Source: an uncultured Gammaproteobacteria bacterium
GTDB lineage: Bacteria; Patescibacteriota; Patescibacteriia; UBA1558; 2-01-FULL-52-15
Assembly (NCBI GenBank): GCA_964402565.1
Contig: CAYOCJ010000001.1
Location: forward strand, 160,079 to 224,078
Direction: 5' to 3'
DNA length: 64,000 nucleotides
Position numbers and translations under genes: made by a program. The notes beneath the pieces were generated by a model. That model made no database searches and had not been told where the DNA came from. It saw only the letters and a program-made list of their open reading frames with translations. Shown in pieces: positions 52,172 through 61,283 of the stretch. Each line of letters starts with the position of its first letter. The stretch's first letter is position 1.

Positions 52172-53582
52172 ATCGGCAACCATAACTGAGCTGAAGGGTG
52201 CGCTGCACAATAAAAAGATCTCGTCTGTTGAGCTGACGAAGGAATATGTAGCAGCTATCAAAAAAGATCCATTCAATGCGTTCATCACGTTGAACGATGC
52301 TGCTTTAGAATCTGCGTCGACCGCAGATCGCATTCTCGCATCAGGCAAACCGACCGAGCTGACCGGCATACCGATCGCAGTCAAAGATGTGTTGGTGACT
52401 CAGGGATTGAAGTCGACCGCAGGGTCGAAGATATTGAGCAATTATGTGCCGCCCTATACTGCTACAGCAGCTCAGCGACTGCTTGACGCCGGCATGGTGC
52501 TGCTTGGCAAGACAAATTGCGATGAGTTTGCGATGGGATCTTCGAATGAAAATTCAGCTTTCGGTCCGGTAAAAAATCCGTATGACCCGGCCAGGGTTTC
52601 AGGCGGTTCGTCAGGTGGTAGTGCAGTTGCCGTTGCCGCAGGGTATGCGCCTGCGGCGCTCGGGACCGATACCGGAGGATCGGTTCGCGAACCTGCTTCA
52701 TTTTGCGGCGTGATCGGGTTCAAACCGACCTATGGGCGTATCTCGCGATATGGATTGATGGCAATGGCTTCATCGCTTGATCAAGTTGGTATCTTTGCGC
52801 ATGACGCACATGATGTGGGAACGTTATTGCATGCAATGTCAGGCTTTGATCCACACGATGCGACATCAAGCCGGGAGAATGTTCCGGATTATCGCAAACT
52901 GATAGCGGAAGAAAGGCCGGTCCGCATAGGCATACCAAAGGAATTCCGTGACGGTTTAGCTGGCGCTGCTTCTGAATGGTTTCAGGCTGCCATTGAGCGC
53001 TGCAAGAAAGCATCAGGCGTCACATTCGTCGATGTCACCTTGCCTCATATCGGAGATTCATTGGCTGTTTATTACATCATTATGCCGTCGGAAGTCAGCG
53101 CAAATATGGCACGGTATGATGGTTTGCGCTATGGCACCATGAGCGAGGCAGCAGGGGATCTCGAAACTCTGTATCGGCATAACCGTGCTGCTGGCTTAGG
53201 CGCTGAAGTAAAGCGCAGAGTATTGCTTGGCACCTATGCTCTCTCAGCAGGGTACTATGATGCGTACTATGCCCAGGCCGCTAAAGTCCGTAACTTGATT
53301 GCGCAGGATATGGACGCTGTATTTCAGAACGTCGACCTTGTCCTGGGTCCAACCTCGCCGACGCCGGCATTCAAGATCGGTGAAAAACAGTCAGACCCGC
53401 TCACCATGTATTTGTCAGATATTTATACGGTCGCAGCAAACCTGACCGGCGTTCCTGCGGTGTCTTTCCCGGCCGGCACGATAGAGGAGCTGCCCATGGG
53501 TTTGCAGTTGATGGGCCCGAAGTGGTCCGAGGGCCTGCTCTTGCAATTAGTGCGCCGCTTAAGCGTTAATGCAGATTCATAA
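52158..53582 (+). CDS. gatA: Asp/Glu-tRNA amidotransferase subunit A
   Basis: GKTNCDEFAMGSS, GGSSGGS, GTDTGGS and LSAGYYDAYY motifs. Confidence 0.96.
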   Translation: MMELKSATITELKGALHNKKISSVELTKEYVAAIKKDPFNAFITLNDAALESASTADRILASGKPTELTGIPIAVKDVLVTQGLKSTAGSKILSNYVPPYTATAAQRLLDAGMVLLGKTNCDEFAMGSSNENSAFGPVKNPYDPARVSGGSSGGSAVAVAAGYAPAALGTDTGGSVREPASFCGVIGFKPTYGRISRYGLMAMASSLDQVGIFAHDAHDVGTLLHAMSGFDPHDATSSRENVPDYRKLIAEERPVRIGIPKEFRDGLAGAASEWFQAAIERCKKASGVTFVDVTLPHIGDSLAVYYIIMPSEVSANMARYDGLRYGTMSEAAGDLETLYRHNRAAGLGAEVKRRVLLGTYALSAGYYDAYYAQAAKVRNLIAQDMDAVFQNVDLVLGPTSPTPAFKIGEKQSDPLTMYLSDIYTVAANLTGVPAVSFPAGTIEELPMGLQLMGPKWSEGLLLQLVRRLSVNADS

Positions 53583-53605
53583 GCGATTTGCTATACTAGT
53601 ACTAT

Positions 53606-54358
53606 ATGGCACGGTCAATTGAAGAAAGGATTCAAAATACCATTCGGGCAAAAAAACGCCGTCGATGGTACACCCGATGGTGGGGCACAACCTTGATCGT
53701 TCTAGGGGTGCTCGTGGTGATCTGGTCCGTGGCTGTAGTCGTTCAGACCATTCATTATTATCGCGAGTATACCAAAGCCGGCGGCAGTAATTCGATCGCT
53801 GAGTTTGCTCAGACGCGCCAGGATACGAAAATCGACCTGCTTCATAATAGCGACGATCCAAGCGTAGGACCTAAAACAGCGCCGGTAACTATTGTCGCAT
53901 TCGAAGATTTTCAATGCCCGTATTGCTTTCAGGCACAGCCATTCCTGAAGAAATTGCTTGCGGCGCACCCCGGAGATGTACGGCTGATCTATAAGGATTT
54001 CCCTTTAAGCTCCATACACCCTGATGCTCAGGCAGCCGCTGAAGCTGCACAATGTGCGTTCCAGCAGGGTAAGTTCTGGGAGTATCATGATGAGCTTTTT
54101 GCCAATCAAAGCCGTTTTGCAGAGGCATTTTATAGGGCTACAGCAAAGAAGGTCGGGTTGAATATCAATACCTTCAACGAATGCCTGGCAACGGCAAAAA
54201 CGAAACAAAGTATCTCCCAGGATGTAGAACTAGGCAGGACCCTCGGCGTACTGGGGACTCCGACCTTTTTCATCAATGGCGAGTTATTCGCTCAAGGCTA
54301 TAGCCCGGAGATCGATTCTCAGTTCGAAAAGGCTATTGAGTACATCCGGTCTTTGTGA
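53606..54358 (+). CDS. DsbA-family oxidoreductase (CPYC)
   Basis: TM, DFQCPYC, QGKFWEYHD and GTPTFFING motifs. Confidence 0.9.
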   Translation: MARSIEERIQNTIRAKKRRRWYTRWWGTTLIVLGVLVVIWSVAVVVQTIHYYREYTKAGGSNSIAEFAQTRQDTKIDLLHNSDDPSVGPKTAPVTIVAFEDFQCPYCFQAQPFLKKLLAAHPGDVRLIYKDFPLSSIHPDAQAAAEAAQCAFQQGKFWEYHDELFANQSRFAEAFYRATAKKVGLNINTFNECLATAKTKQSISQDVELGRTLGVLGTPTFFINGELFAQGYSPEIDSQFEKAIEYIRSL

Positions 54359-54414
54359 TAGACTCTGTTTACTTTATTAACCTAGTGTATTAAACAATAA
54401 TTAATCTAAGTAGT

Positions 54415-55155
54415 ATGGATACTGAAAACATGACTCAACAGGGCAAAAAGAGCTTCATGATGGGGCTGATAACCGGTCTCGGCATTTGTATTGTCGTGGG
54501 CGGAGCATTTATGATGGGACGCTATGGCACACCAGGCGGATTAGGCGGCGGATCGAACCCTCCGGCAGCTCAACAGCCGACGGCACAGCAGCCGACACAG
54601 CCATCCGGACCTGAAGGCGATGCAACAAAGATTGCAGCAGTATCGAAGGACGACCATATTCGCGGTGATGCAAATGCACCGATCACCATGATCGAATACA
54701 GCGATTTTGAATGCCCATTCTGCTTGCGATTCCACGAAACTTTGACCCAGGTATTCGCTGATTATAAGGGCAAGGTCCGACTCGTATACCGACAATTCCC
54801 ATTACGATCTATCCACCCACAGGCTCAGAAAGCTGCTGAGGCATCTGAATGCGCTTCTGCTCAGGGTAAATTCTGGGAAATGCATGACAAGCTTTTCGAG
54901 CTTAACAAGGCTCAGAATCTGAACGTAGACTCTATGAAGACAGGCGCGAAGGACATTGGCCTCAATACGACCCAATTCAACACTTGTCTTGATAAAGGCC
55001 AAATGGTTGATACAGTTGAAAAGGATTATCAGGACGGCTTGGCTGGAGGCATCGCAGGCACGCCTGGCACCTTCGTCAATGGACAGTACCTGGCAGGAGC
55101 ATTGCCATACTCTGACGTAAAGACAATTCTCGACGGTATCCTCAACAAGAGCTAA
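54415..55155 (+). CDS. DsbA-family oxidoreductase (CPFC)
   Basis: SDFECPFC and GTPGTFVNG motifs. Confidence 0.9.
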   Translation: MDTENMTQQGKKSFMMGLITGLGICIVVGGAFMMGRYGTPGGLGGGSNPPAAQQPTAQQPTQPSGPEGDATKIAAVSKDDHIRGDANAPITMIEYSDFECPFCLRFHETLTQVFADYKGKVRLVYRQFPLRSIHPQAQKAAEASECASAQGKFWEMHDKLFELNKAQNLNVDSMKTGAKDIGLNTTQFNTCLDKGQMVDTVEKDYQDGLAGGIAGTPGTFVNGQYLAGALPYSDVKTILDGILNKS

Positions 55156-55185
55156 TTCTAACGTCTCTCTGAAAGAAAACCGATC

Positions 55186-55785
55186 ATGAAACGCATATTG
55201 GCACTTGCGTTGCTCGGGATCATCGTGACCGGATGCACGCCGAAGTATGATGATCCGAAGCCGGAACGCGCAACCAAAGGAAGCCCTCAGGCACAAGTAA
55301 CGGTAGAGGAATTTGCTGACTATCAATGTCCAGCCTGTGGTAGTGCGCATCCGATGATCAAAAAATTGATGGAGAAGTACGGAAACCGTGTTTTGTGGAA
55401 ATTCATCAATTATCCATTGACCTCTATCCACCCATACGCATTCAATGCGGCACTCGCTGCTGAATGCGCCAACGACCAAGGTAAGTTCTGGGAATACCAC
55501 GACAAGCTTTTTGAGAACCAGGCGAACCTCGGGAAGAGCAGTCTCTATACATATGCCGGGGATCTCGGTATGAATGTTGATACCTTCAAAGCATGTGTGC
55601 AGTCACGCGCGAAGTCCTCGCTGGTGCAGCAAGATATGGCCTTGGGCGACAGCCGCAAAGTCGATCAGACGCCAACTCTTTTCATCAATGGAGAAATGTT
55701 GACGAACTGGACTACTCTTGAATCTAAACTGGATACATTTTTCCCGGATCTGCCTGACGTTGCCACGACAACCCCAGCTAATTAA
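55186..55785 (+). CDS. DsbA-family lipoprotein (CPAC)
   Basis: Lipobox-like VTG-C, DYQCPAC and TPTLFING motifs. Confidence 0.9.
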   Translation: MKRILALALLGIIVTGCTPKYDDPKPERATKGSPQAQVTVEEFADYQCPACGSAHPMIKKLMEKYGNRVLWKFINYPLTSIHPYAFNAALAAECANDQGKFWEYHDKLFENQANLGKSSLYTYAGDLGMNVDTFKACVQSRAKSSLVQQDMALGDSRKVDQTPTLFINGEMLTNWTTLESKLDTFFPDLPDVATTTPAN

Positions 55786-55799
55786 GTGATTTCATCGCC

Positions 55800-56603
55800 A
55801 TGCCGGACGCATACTGGTTTGGTTCATATGCACCGGATCGTACCCTTCTTGATCTTCAGTTTCTCCATATTTATTGGTACAGCGTCCTGGTGACGCTCGG
55901 GATCGCTCTTGCAGTCCTCATTGCCCGTAAACAATACATTCGGAATAAAGGCAAAGAGCAGGACATGCTTGATCTCGCATTTTACGTCGTGCTCGGCGGA
56001 CTCCTGGGAGCGCGCGTATGGCATGTGTTCATCTTTCAATGGAGCTACTACTCTCAACATCTCATTGAAATTCCGAAAATTTGGGAAGGCGGCATAGCGA
56101 TACAAGGCGCTTTGCTGGGTGGCCTCGCGACCGCATTTTTCTATTGCCGCAAGAAAAAACTCGATCTTATTGCCTTGGCTGACAGCGGCGTTGTCGGCAT
56201 TCCCTTAGCGCAGGCGATCGGCCGCTGGGGGAATTTTTTTAACCAAGAGCTTTATGGCCTCCCCTCCAAATTGCCGTGGGCGATCTATATAGAGCCGCAG
56301 AATCGAGTATCGGGGTTCGAACGTTTTTCCCATTTTCACCCCACATTCCTGTATGAATCCATACTCGATGCGCTCTTGTTCGTTTTGCTTCTCAAACTTT
56401 CGAAGAAAAAACTCAAACCCGGGGTTCTCGCGGCGTGGTATTTCATCGGCTATAGCGCTATTCGGTTCATCGTCGATTTTGTACGCATCGATCCGATGTT
56501 AATGATCGGTTTTCTGCGGGCCTCACAGGTATTAAGCATCATGTTCATAGGCGCGGCTTCATATTTCTTGTATGCAATGAAAGCCCGCAGAGTTGCCAAG
56601 TAG
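55800..56603 (+). CDS. lgt: Prolipoprotein diacylglyceryl transferase
   Basis: LGAR, WEGG, GRWGNFFNQE and HPTFLYE motifs. Confidence 0.95.
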   Translation: MPDAYWFGSYAPDRTLLDLQFLHIYWYSVLVTLGIALAVLIARKQYIRNKGKEQDMLDLAFYVVLGGLLGARVWHVFIFQWSYYSQHLIEIPKIWEGGIAIQGALLGGLATAFFYCRKKKLDLIALADSGVVGIPLAQAIGRWGNFFNQELYGLPSKLPWAIYIEPQNRVSGFERFSHFHPTFLYESILDALLFVLLLKLSKKKLKPGVLAAWYFIGYSAIRFIVDFVRIDPMLMIGFLRASQVLSIMFIGAASYFLYAMKARRVAK

Positions 56604-56637
56604 GTTTCTATTGTGTATAGTAATCCCGTTCACTTTT

Positions 56638-56714
56638 GGGGTGGTAGTTCAGTTGGCTAGAACGCTTCCCTGTCACGGAAGAGGTCGCGGGTTCGAGTCC
56701 CGTCCATCCCGCCA
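56638..56714 (+). tRNA. tRNA-Asp(GTC)
   Basis: GGGGTGG...CTTCC CTGTCAC GGAAG...GGTTCGAGTCC...CCATCCC GCCA. Confidence 0.95.
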
Positions 56715-56729
56715 GAATTGAATAGTGAT

Positions 56730-56752
56730 AAACCGCCGCTGTGGCGGTTTTT
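56730..56752 (+). terminator. Intrinsic terminator after tRNA-Asp
   Basis: aaaccgcc-gctgt-ggcggttttt. Confidence 0.75.
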
Positions 56753-56794
56753 GTGCTATACTTATTATTCGTTTACCGGAAAATTAAGCAAAAT

Positions 56795-58579
56795 ATGATG
56801 AAGGAGAAGGGAAGCTATGCGTTTGTCAGGCAAACGCTAAAGATTTTTTGGCAACATGCGATTCGTTACCATTGGCAGGTAGCCGCTCTTTTATTTGGGA
56901 TCATCGTGGTGACCGCGGTCCAAACTTATATCCCGGTGCTCTATAGCGATCTCATAAATGTTGCTTCACTCGGCGCGTCGCCAGATACTGTGCACAAGGC
57001 TTTTGTTATCGTGTTCATGATTTTGATCGTGAATACTGCGCGTACTGCAACGTGGCGTTCGACGAACTTCATCAATAATTATTTCCAGCCGAAGGTGATG
57101 AGCGATCTCATGAATACCTGCTATCAGTATCTGCAGCAACATTCCCTTGGCTACTTCAATTCTAACTTCGTCGGAAGTTTGGTCACGAAGGTACGTCGGT
57201 ATGAACGGGCATTCGAATTGATCGCTGATCAGATAACCTTTGACCTGGGGCGCTCATTGCTCGATACTGGAGCGATCCTGACGGTACTGTTGTGGAACTA
57301 TCGCACCCTTGGCTTGATCGTGCTCGGTTGGTGTATCTTGTTTTTGGTCTTTTCATATGCATACTCGATCTACAAGCTACCTTATGATATCAAGCGAGCA
57401 GCTGCCGATACGCAAACGACCGCGCAACTGGCTGATAGTATAACGAATAACATTAATATCAAACTTTTTGCCAGTTACAAAGAAGAGAATGATCGTTTTT
57501 CCGACATTACACGTGAACAGTTTTTGATGCGGAAAAAAAGCTGGGACCTGTCGACATGGGGAGACGTTGTACAGGGTATTATGATGATACTTCTCGAGTT
57601 TCTGATCTTCTATCTTGCCATAGCTAAGTGGCAGCAGGGCACTTTGAATGTAGGAGATCTGGCGCTACTTCAGATGTTTTTGCTGCGTATTTTCGATAAA
57701 CTTTGGAATACCGGCAAGAACATTCGCAGCATCTATGAAGCCCTTGCGGACGCTAATGAAATGACCGAGATACTCTTGAATCCGCATGAAGTCCAGGATG
57801 TGCTGCATGCAGCACAGTTGCAAGTTAAGAACGGCGGTATCGAGTTTAAGGATGTTTCGTTCGTCTATCAGAATGGTGTCGAAGTCTATAAGCACTTTAA
57901 CCTGCGTATTGCACCAGGCGAGCACGTTGCCTTTATCGGCCCTTCTGGCGGCGGCAAGTCCACGATCGCGAAACTACTCTTCAGGTTCTATAATTTGAAT
58001 GGCGGTTCGATCAGCATCGATGGCCAAAATATCGATGCAGTCACACAGGATTCTCTGCGCTCGGCATTCGCGTTTGTGCCGCAGGAGCCGATACTTTTCC
58101 ATAGGACTCTTATGGAGAATATTCGCTACGCAAAGCCCGATGCTACGGACGAACAGGTCATCGAAGCAGCGAAGCTTGCTCATGCGCATGAATTCATTGC
58201 TTCTTTTCCTCAGCAGTATGACACGATGGTCGGTGAGCGCGGGATCAAACTTTCAGGAGGCGAACGTCAGCGCGTCGCGATCGCTCGCGCTATCTTGAAA
58301 GATGCGAAGATATTGGTATTGGATGAAGCGACATCATCTCTCGATAGCGAGAGTGAAATGTATATTCAGGATGCTCTGAAAAAATTAATGCATAATAAAA
58401 CGACGGTCGTCATTGCCCATCGCCTCTCAACGATCATGCAGATGGACAGGATCGTTGTCATTGATGACGGCGAAGTCATCGAGGAAGGGAAGCATCAAGA
58501 GCTTCTGAAAGCAAACCAAGGAATGTATCAAAAACTGTGGGGGATACAAGCAGGAAGCTTCGATGTTCAGGAAGGTTAG
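56795..58579 (+). CDS. ABC exporter, fused permease/ATPase (MsbA/Atm1-like)
   Basis: TM domain plus GPSGGGKST, LSGGERQR, LDEATS and IAHRLST motifs. Confidence 0.93.
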   Translation: MMKEKGSYAFVRQTLKIFWQHAIRYHWQVAALLFGIIVVTAVQTYIPVLYSDLINVASLGASPDTVHKAFVIVFMILIVNTARTATWRSTNFINNYFQPKVMSDLMNTCYQYLQQHSLGYFNSNFVGSLVTKVRRYERAFELIADQITFDLGRSLLDTGAILTVLLWNYRTLGLIVLGWCILFLVFSYAYSIYKLPYDIKRAAADTQTTAQLADSITNNINIKLFASYKEENDRFSDITREQFLMRKKSWDLSTWGDVVQGIMMILLEFLIFYLAIAKWQQGTLNVGDLALLQMFLLRIFDKLWNTGKNIRSIYEALADANEMTEILLNPHEVQDVLHAAQLQVKNGGIEFKDVSFVYQNGVEVYKHFNLRIAPGEHVAFIGPSGGGKSTIAKLLFRFYNLNGGSISIDGQNIDAVTQDSLRSAFAFVPQEPILFHRTLMENIRYAKPDATDEQVIEAAKLAHAHEFIASFPQQYDTMVGERGIKLSGGERQRVAIARAILKDAKILVLDEATSSLDSESEMYIQDALKKLMHNKTTVVIAHRLSTIMQMDRIVVIDDGEVIEEGKHQELLKANQGMYQKLWGIQAGSFDVQEG

Positions 58580-58635
58580 TGTTCGGTTTTCTCTCTTTTT
58601 GGTATACTGCTTAGAGAATCATTAAGAAACTCACT

Positions 58636-59340
58636 ATGAATAAGACAACGATCAGTGTCGCAGTTGCGGTCATTCTTTTGCTAGGCGGAGGCTATATGGT
58701 CTACCAAGGGTCCAATGGTCCAAAAAAGGAGACCCCGAAGCAAGATACCAATACAGCTCAGGATACAGGGCAGTCAAAGCGATCATGGAAAAGTATTTTA
58801 GCAGACGGCAAGAGCGTCAAATGCACGTATACGCAAACGGTCGCCTCTGGCACTCAGAATGGCACTATGTATATAGCAAATGGCCACATGCGCGGTGATA
58901 TTATGATGTCCACCGCAAGTTCCGGAAACTATACCATGCATATGCTGAACGATGGGCAATGGAATTATACCTGGGGAGGGCCTATCGGCGAGTCGCAGGG
59001 CGTGAAAATGAAAATGATGTCAGAAACAAATGTGCATACGCAGGCGAATGCGCAGCAGGGAGTCGACCTGAATGAGCAGCTCGATGTGAATTGTTCGCCA
59101 TGGAGCGAAGATTCTTCTGAATTTGTAGTGCCGGCAGATATTCAATTCAGAGACCTTTCAGCAGGTACTATGATGAATGTCAATGTGAACAGCATGATGA
59201 ATACCAGTACGTCCGGTTCGGCATCAGCGAACGTGAACGCCAATGTGAAGGTGAAGGCTAAAGTAGACTGCTCGGTCTGCAATCAAGCGCCGGAAGGCAT
59301 GTCACGCGTACAGTGCATGCAGGCACTCGGCTGTTCATAG
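58636..59340 (+). CDS. Hypothetical membrane-anchored protein
   Basis: N-terminal TM, beta-rich domain and C-terminal Cys cluster. Confidence 0.75.
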   Translation: MNKTTISVAVAVILLLGGGYMVYQGSNGPKKETPKQDTNTAQDTGQSKRSWKSILADGKSVKCTYTQTVASGTQNGTMYIANGHMRGDIMMSTASSGNYTMHMLNDGQWNYTWGGPIGESQGVKMKMMSETNVHTQANAQQGVDLNEQLDVNCSPWSEDSSEFVVPADIQFRDLSAGTMMNVNVNSMMNTSTSGSASANVNANVKVKAKVDCSVCNQAPEGMSRVQCMQALGCS

Positions 59341-59353
59341 TAATGGTATCTTT

Positions 59354-59386
59354 AAAAAAAGAGCTCCCGAATGGGAGCTCTTTTTT
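59354..59386. terminator. Bidirectional terminator
   Basis: aaaaaaagagctccc-gaat-gggagctctttttt. Confidence 0.85.
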
Positions 59387-59396
59387 GTAGCACTGC

Positions 59397-59933
59397 TTAC
59401 GGATATACGGTCAGCATCGCCACATTGTATTGCATCGTATCTGCGGTCTGGCAGTTAACAGTGAATGTTTGAACTTTCTTTACCTGAGGCAGGTGTATCA
59501 AGACGAATGCATATCCGTCCAGGACAATTTTCCGATTATTGAGATAGACATATTGCGTATCGGGAGACGCGCCCTCTATCATCAATTCAGAACCGCTGGT
59601 ATAGGTACCGCCGACAAGCGGGGTAGTTACTGCACAGTTGTCGAATTGCAGACGTTTCGCGGAGTAATTTGCGACCGCTAACTGATAGGTATCAGGCTGT
59701 TTTTGGCTGAATGCCAGCACTGTCCGGCTAGACCCTGAAATTTTTTGACCGGTATTGCTTCCTGAGATATCAGCAGGCATCATCTCATTCTGAGATTGGG
59801 CAGGGGCCTGTACGAAATAGGCAGGACTTGGTTGATTCGACTTGAAATGCGATTTCACCATTAAGCCTGCCTGGATCGCGGCCGGAACTAAAATCGCTAT
59901 AAGGATTGCTTTTTTGAACGGACTCATACGCAT
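59397..59933 (-). CDS. Hypothetical exported protein
   Basis: N-terminal hydrophobic segment, beta-rich C-terminal domain with a Cys pair. Confidence 0.7.
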   Translation of the reverse strand: MRMSPFKKAILIAILVPAAIQAGLMVKSHFKSNQPSPAYFVQAPAQSQNEMMPADISGSNTGQKISGSSRTVLAFSQKQPDTYQLAVANYSAKRLQFDNCAVTTPLVGGTYTSGSELMIEGASPDTQYVYLNNRKIVLDGYAFVLIHLPQVKKVQTFTVNCQTADTMQYNVAMLTVYP

Positions 59934-59975
59934 AATCGTGCAGATTAATTATTATGAGATTACCTGTACATAGTT

Positions 59976-60000
59976 GACGTCTGTTTCTCGTGTTTCTTAC
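59976..60000 (-). promoter_or_regulatory. Putative ECF promoter
   Basis: GTAAGA-N15-CGTC on the minus strand upstream of 59933. Confidence 0.65.
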
Positions 60001-60025
60001 GAATATAATATGTACATAAAGAATC

Positions 60026-60050
60026 AGGACCTGCCGGTATGACAGGTCCT
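60026..60050 (-). terminator. Terminator-like hairpin
   Basis: aggacctg-N9-caggtcct directly after the 60052 stop. Confidence 0.55.
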
Positions 60051-60051
60051 G

Positions 60052-60543
60052 TTAGAACTTACGGAGATGAAACTTTTCAAAGTTGACGACTAACGTGATG
60101 CTTGCGCCCTTACTGGTCACTTGCAGCGCCCAGAGATGGTCGATTTTTGAATGGCGATTGAGCGGGAAAACGACAATAGAGCGCGAAAGCAGCTTGGTCT
60201 TGGTTGTGTCCGTCAGCCCGAATGAAGTGGTTGCATTGTTTTCAGTCGGGAATGGTGAAGGCAGCTTGATGTCCTCATGGCTTCGGTATGCACGTGCAGC
60301 GCCGCCTAGCCAGTATGCGAAGGTCAGCGTTTTGAACCACCGCTTCCCTTTGAATGCACGAATGCGGACCACATTCTCGAACTCGTACTGGATCTTGAAA
60401 TCATTTGAAGCATCAGATTTTTGCGGTGTGAAGGTCGCCAGACAATCAAGAAACGTCATGCCCTGACATGGTCGTTCACGTTCGTCTGCGTGACCTACCG
60501 AAGACACGCAGAGCACTATGAGTATTAGTACCCATCGTTTCAC
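60052..60543 (-). CDS. Hypothetical secreted protein
   Basis: GTG start after an AAGGAG SD gives a signal peptide (MKRWVLILIVLCVSSVGHA). Confidence 0.6.
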   Translation of the reverse strand: MKRWVLILIVLCVSSVGHADERERPCQGMTFLDCLATFTPQKSDASNDFKIQYEFENVVRIRAFKGKRWFKTLTFAYWLGGAARAYRSHEDIKLPSPFPTENNATTSFGLTDTTKTKLLSRSIVVFPLNRHSKIDHLWALQVTSKGASITLVVNFEKFHLRKF

Positions 60544-60635
60544 TGTGCATCTCCTTTCTCGTAATGAACAACGACCGAATAGCATACTGTATTGCTTGTA
60601 TGTACGCAAGACCAGCAGAATGATATACTGGAGCC

Positions 60636-61112
60636 ATGCATGTACTCGTTGTCTATGGCACGAATTCAGGTGGCACCAAGGAGGTGGCAGAACTTGTCGC
60701 GCTTGATTTTGCAAAAGCAGGACATTCGGTATCCATGAAAAGCGCAGAATATACCGTACCTGCTGATTTAGATGGATATGACTGCGTGGTCCTCGGTTCA
60801 TGCACGTGGGAGAAGATCTTGCCTACGAAGCGATTCGAGGGGCAATTGCAGCAGCATATGGGCGCGTTGCGGGATAAACTTAAGGGCGTTGATCTATCAG
60901 GTAAAAAATTGGCAATTTTTGGCCTGGGCGATTCTAGCTATACCAATTTTTGCATCGCCGCAACTCATCTGGAAGTGCTCGTGAAAGAATCGAAAGCAAC
61001 GCAAGTAGGGCCTACATTGCGCGTGGACAGTTATTTTTTTGATCAGGAAGCAAATCGAAAGCGCATCAAGGACTGGGCCGATCAATTGCTTGCCGCATTA
61101 AAAGCCGCCTAA
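60636..61112 (+). CDS. Flavodoxin
   Basis: YGTNSGGT, LGSCTW and FGLGDSSY..FC motifs. Confidence 0.9.
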   Translation: MHVLVVYGTNSGGTKEVAELVALDFAKAGHSVSMKSAEYTVPADLDGYDCVVLGSCTWEKILPTKRFEGQLQQHMGALRDKLKGVDLSGKKLAIFGLGDSSYTNFCIAATHLEVLVKESKATQVGPTLRVDSYFFDQEANRKRIKDWADQLLAALKAA

Positions 61113-61135
61113 ACAATACAATAGGGACGGTCGCG

Positions 61136-61157
61136 AGCCTGCATTGCGGGCTTTTTT
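61136..61157 (+). terminator. Intrinsic terminator
   Basis: agcctgc-att-gcgggct followed by a T-run. Confidence 0.7.
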
Positions 61158-61206
61158 ATATAGTCATAACGTGTCTAAATGGAACGCGGTAGGCTTGACA
61201 TTATTT

Positions 61207-61231
61207 GTAATATGTGAGATATTGTTCCGTC
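61207..61231 (+). promoter_or_regulatory. Putative ECF promoter (one mismatch) overlapping a sigma70-like promoter
   Basis: GTAATA-N15-CGTC; TTGACA at 61195..61200. Confidence 0.4.
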
Positions 61232-61283
61232 GTGTTTATTAATGGCTTAGCCATATTTAGCCCAAGAGTTAGCGAAAAGTTAG

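Noticed and set aside
51860-53582. gatC-gatA without an adjacent gatB
   Set aside because: Split gat operons are common; gatB may lie elsewhere in the genome
54802-55500. 232-aa antisense ORF and other long antisense ORFs over clpC, pilM and pilB
   Set aside because: They are shadow frames of well-supported genes with no recognisable motifs
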